Below are positions 63,399-64,000 of a DNA stretch of 64,000 nt, piece by piece. The first letter of the stretch is position 1; every line of letters starts with the position of its first letter. A program made the translations under genes and the position numbers. Source of the stretch: Rhizodiscina lignyota (Eukaryota). The stretch covers positions 2,514,453 through 2,578,452 of the forward strand of contig ML978122.1 of the NCBI GenBank assembly GCA_010015805.1, in the 5' to 3' direction. The notes below the pieces were generated by a model. The model did no database searches and was not told where the DNA came from. It saw nothing but the letters and a program-made list of their open reading frames with translations.

Positions 63399-64000
63399 AT
63401 CATGATAGACTAGTTGGATACCTTTTTCTCAAAAATTGATGAGAATGACATACCTTTCGGTAACACTCGAGCAGTACAAGTGGCCGATCAAATAGTTGCA
63501 AGTAGCAATGCGAAGAGATGGCTCTTGATATTGGTGCATAAGCATTTTCTACAGCTGCCGCGGACCCTGATCAAACAAGTGTACGCTGCTGAGGGATTGA
63601 TTTCTCGAAGTCTATTGATTGGGTTGAACAGATTCCAGATATCACAAGTGTTCCGGTTATAAGCATCCTTATAATGGTCGTCTTGATTCACTTTTACGCA
63701 TACACAGCATTCAATTTCTCAATTGAAGAGTAACACGTATCAAAATACTCGTCGCATGAAACAAGAAAAACCCGTAAAGTCGCCGCAACCTCGCTGAGCA
63801 GGCATCGGATGCCTCGGAATGCCTTTATCGCGAACATGTGGCAGACACTTCCCGTTTCTGATTTGGGTATATTCCTTTGGTTTCGAATACCTTGGTGAGC
63901 ATATCAGTCATAAAATTCACCCAACTCTCAGGAGTCCACGAAAGATCATTGCGGAGGTTCCAGTAATGATCGAATGCTTTGCTGGAATTAGAGCGGCGTC

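Noticed and set aside
1..64000. tRNA, rRNA, CRISPR arrays, intact transposons or Starship captain genes
   Set aside because: None recognised by eye; a tRNAscan/Infernal run would be needed to exclude small RNAs

Overview
Gene-dense window from a filamentous ascomycete. The short GT-AG introns with CTAAC-like branch sites and the Pezizomycotina-type proteins support this; the class cannot be fixed from sequence alone. I built about 21 intact gene models by hand. Conserved genes: PPS1-like phosphatase, ZTA1-like quinone reductase, IPK2/ARG82, a histone-fold DPB3/DLS1-like gene, a CLC channel, MLH1, TSC1, TAP42 and Dicer-like 1. Accessory content: a pogo/Fot1 transposase relic, an intronless putative FMP-type heme-binding protein, a 6-Cys secreted protein, a Goodbye-NACHT-TPR NLR-like gene, and two compact candidate catabolic clusters (SDR + 2OG-Fe dioxygenase + MFS + amidase; ALDH + Zn-ADH + sugar porter). 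The most interesting signal is an Arb1 (Argonaute chaperone) gene fused to an N-terminal La-motif RNA-binding domain, in the same window as DCL1. Other oddities: three GC-AG introns, an unusually long and apparently structured intron, and an SDR whose Rossmann motif is interrupted. Family assignments are from motif recognition, not database searches.
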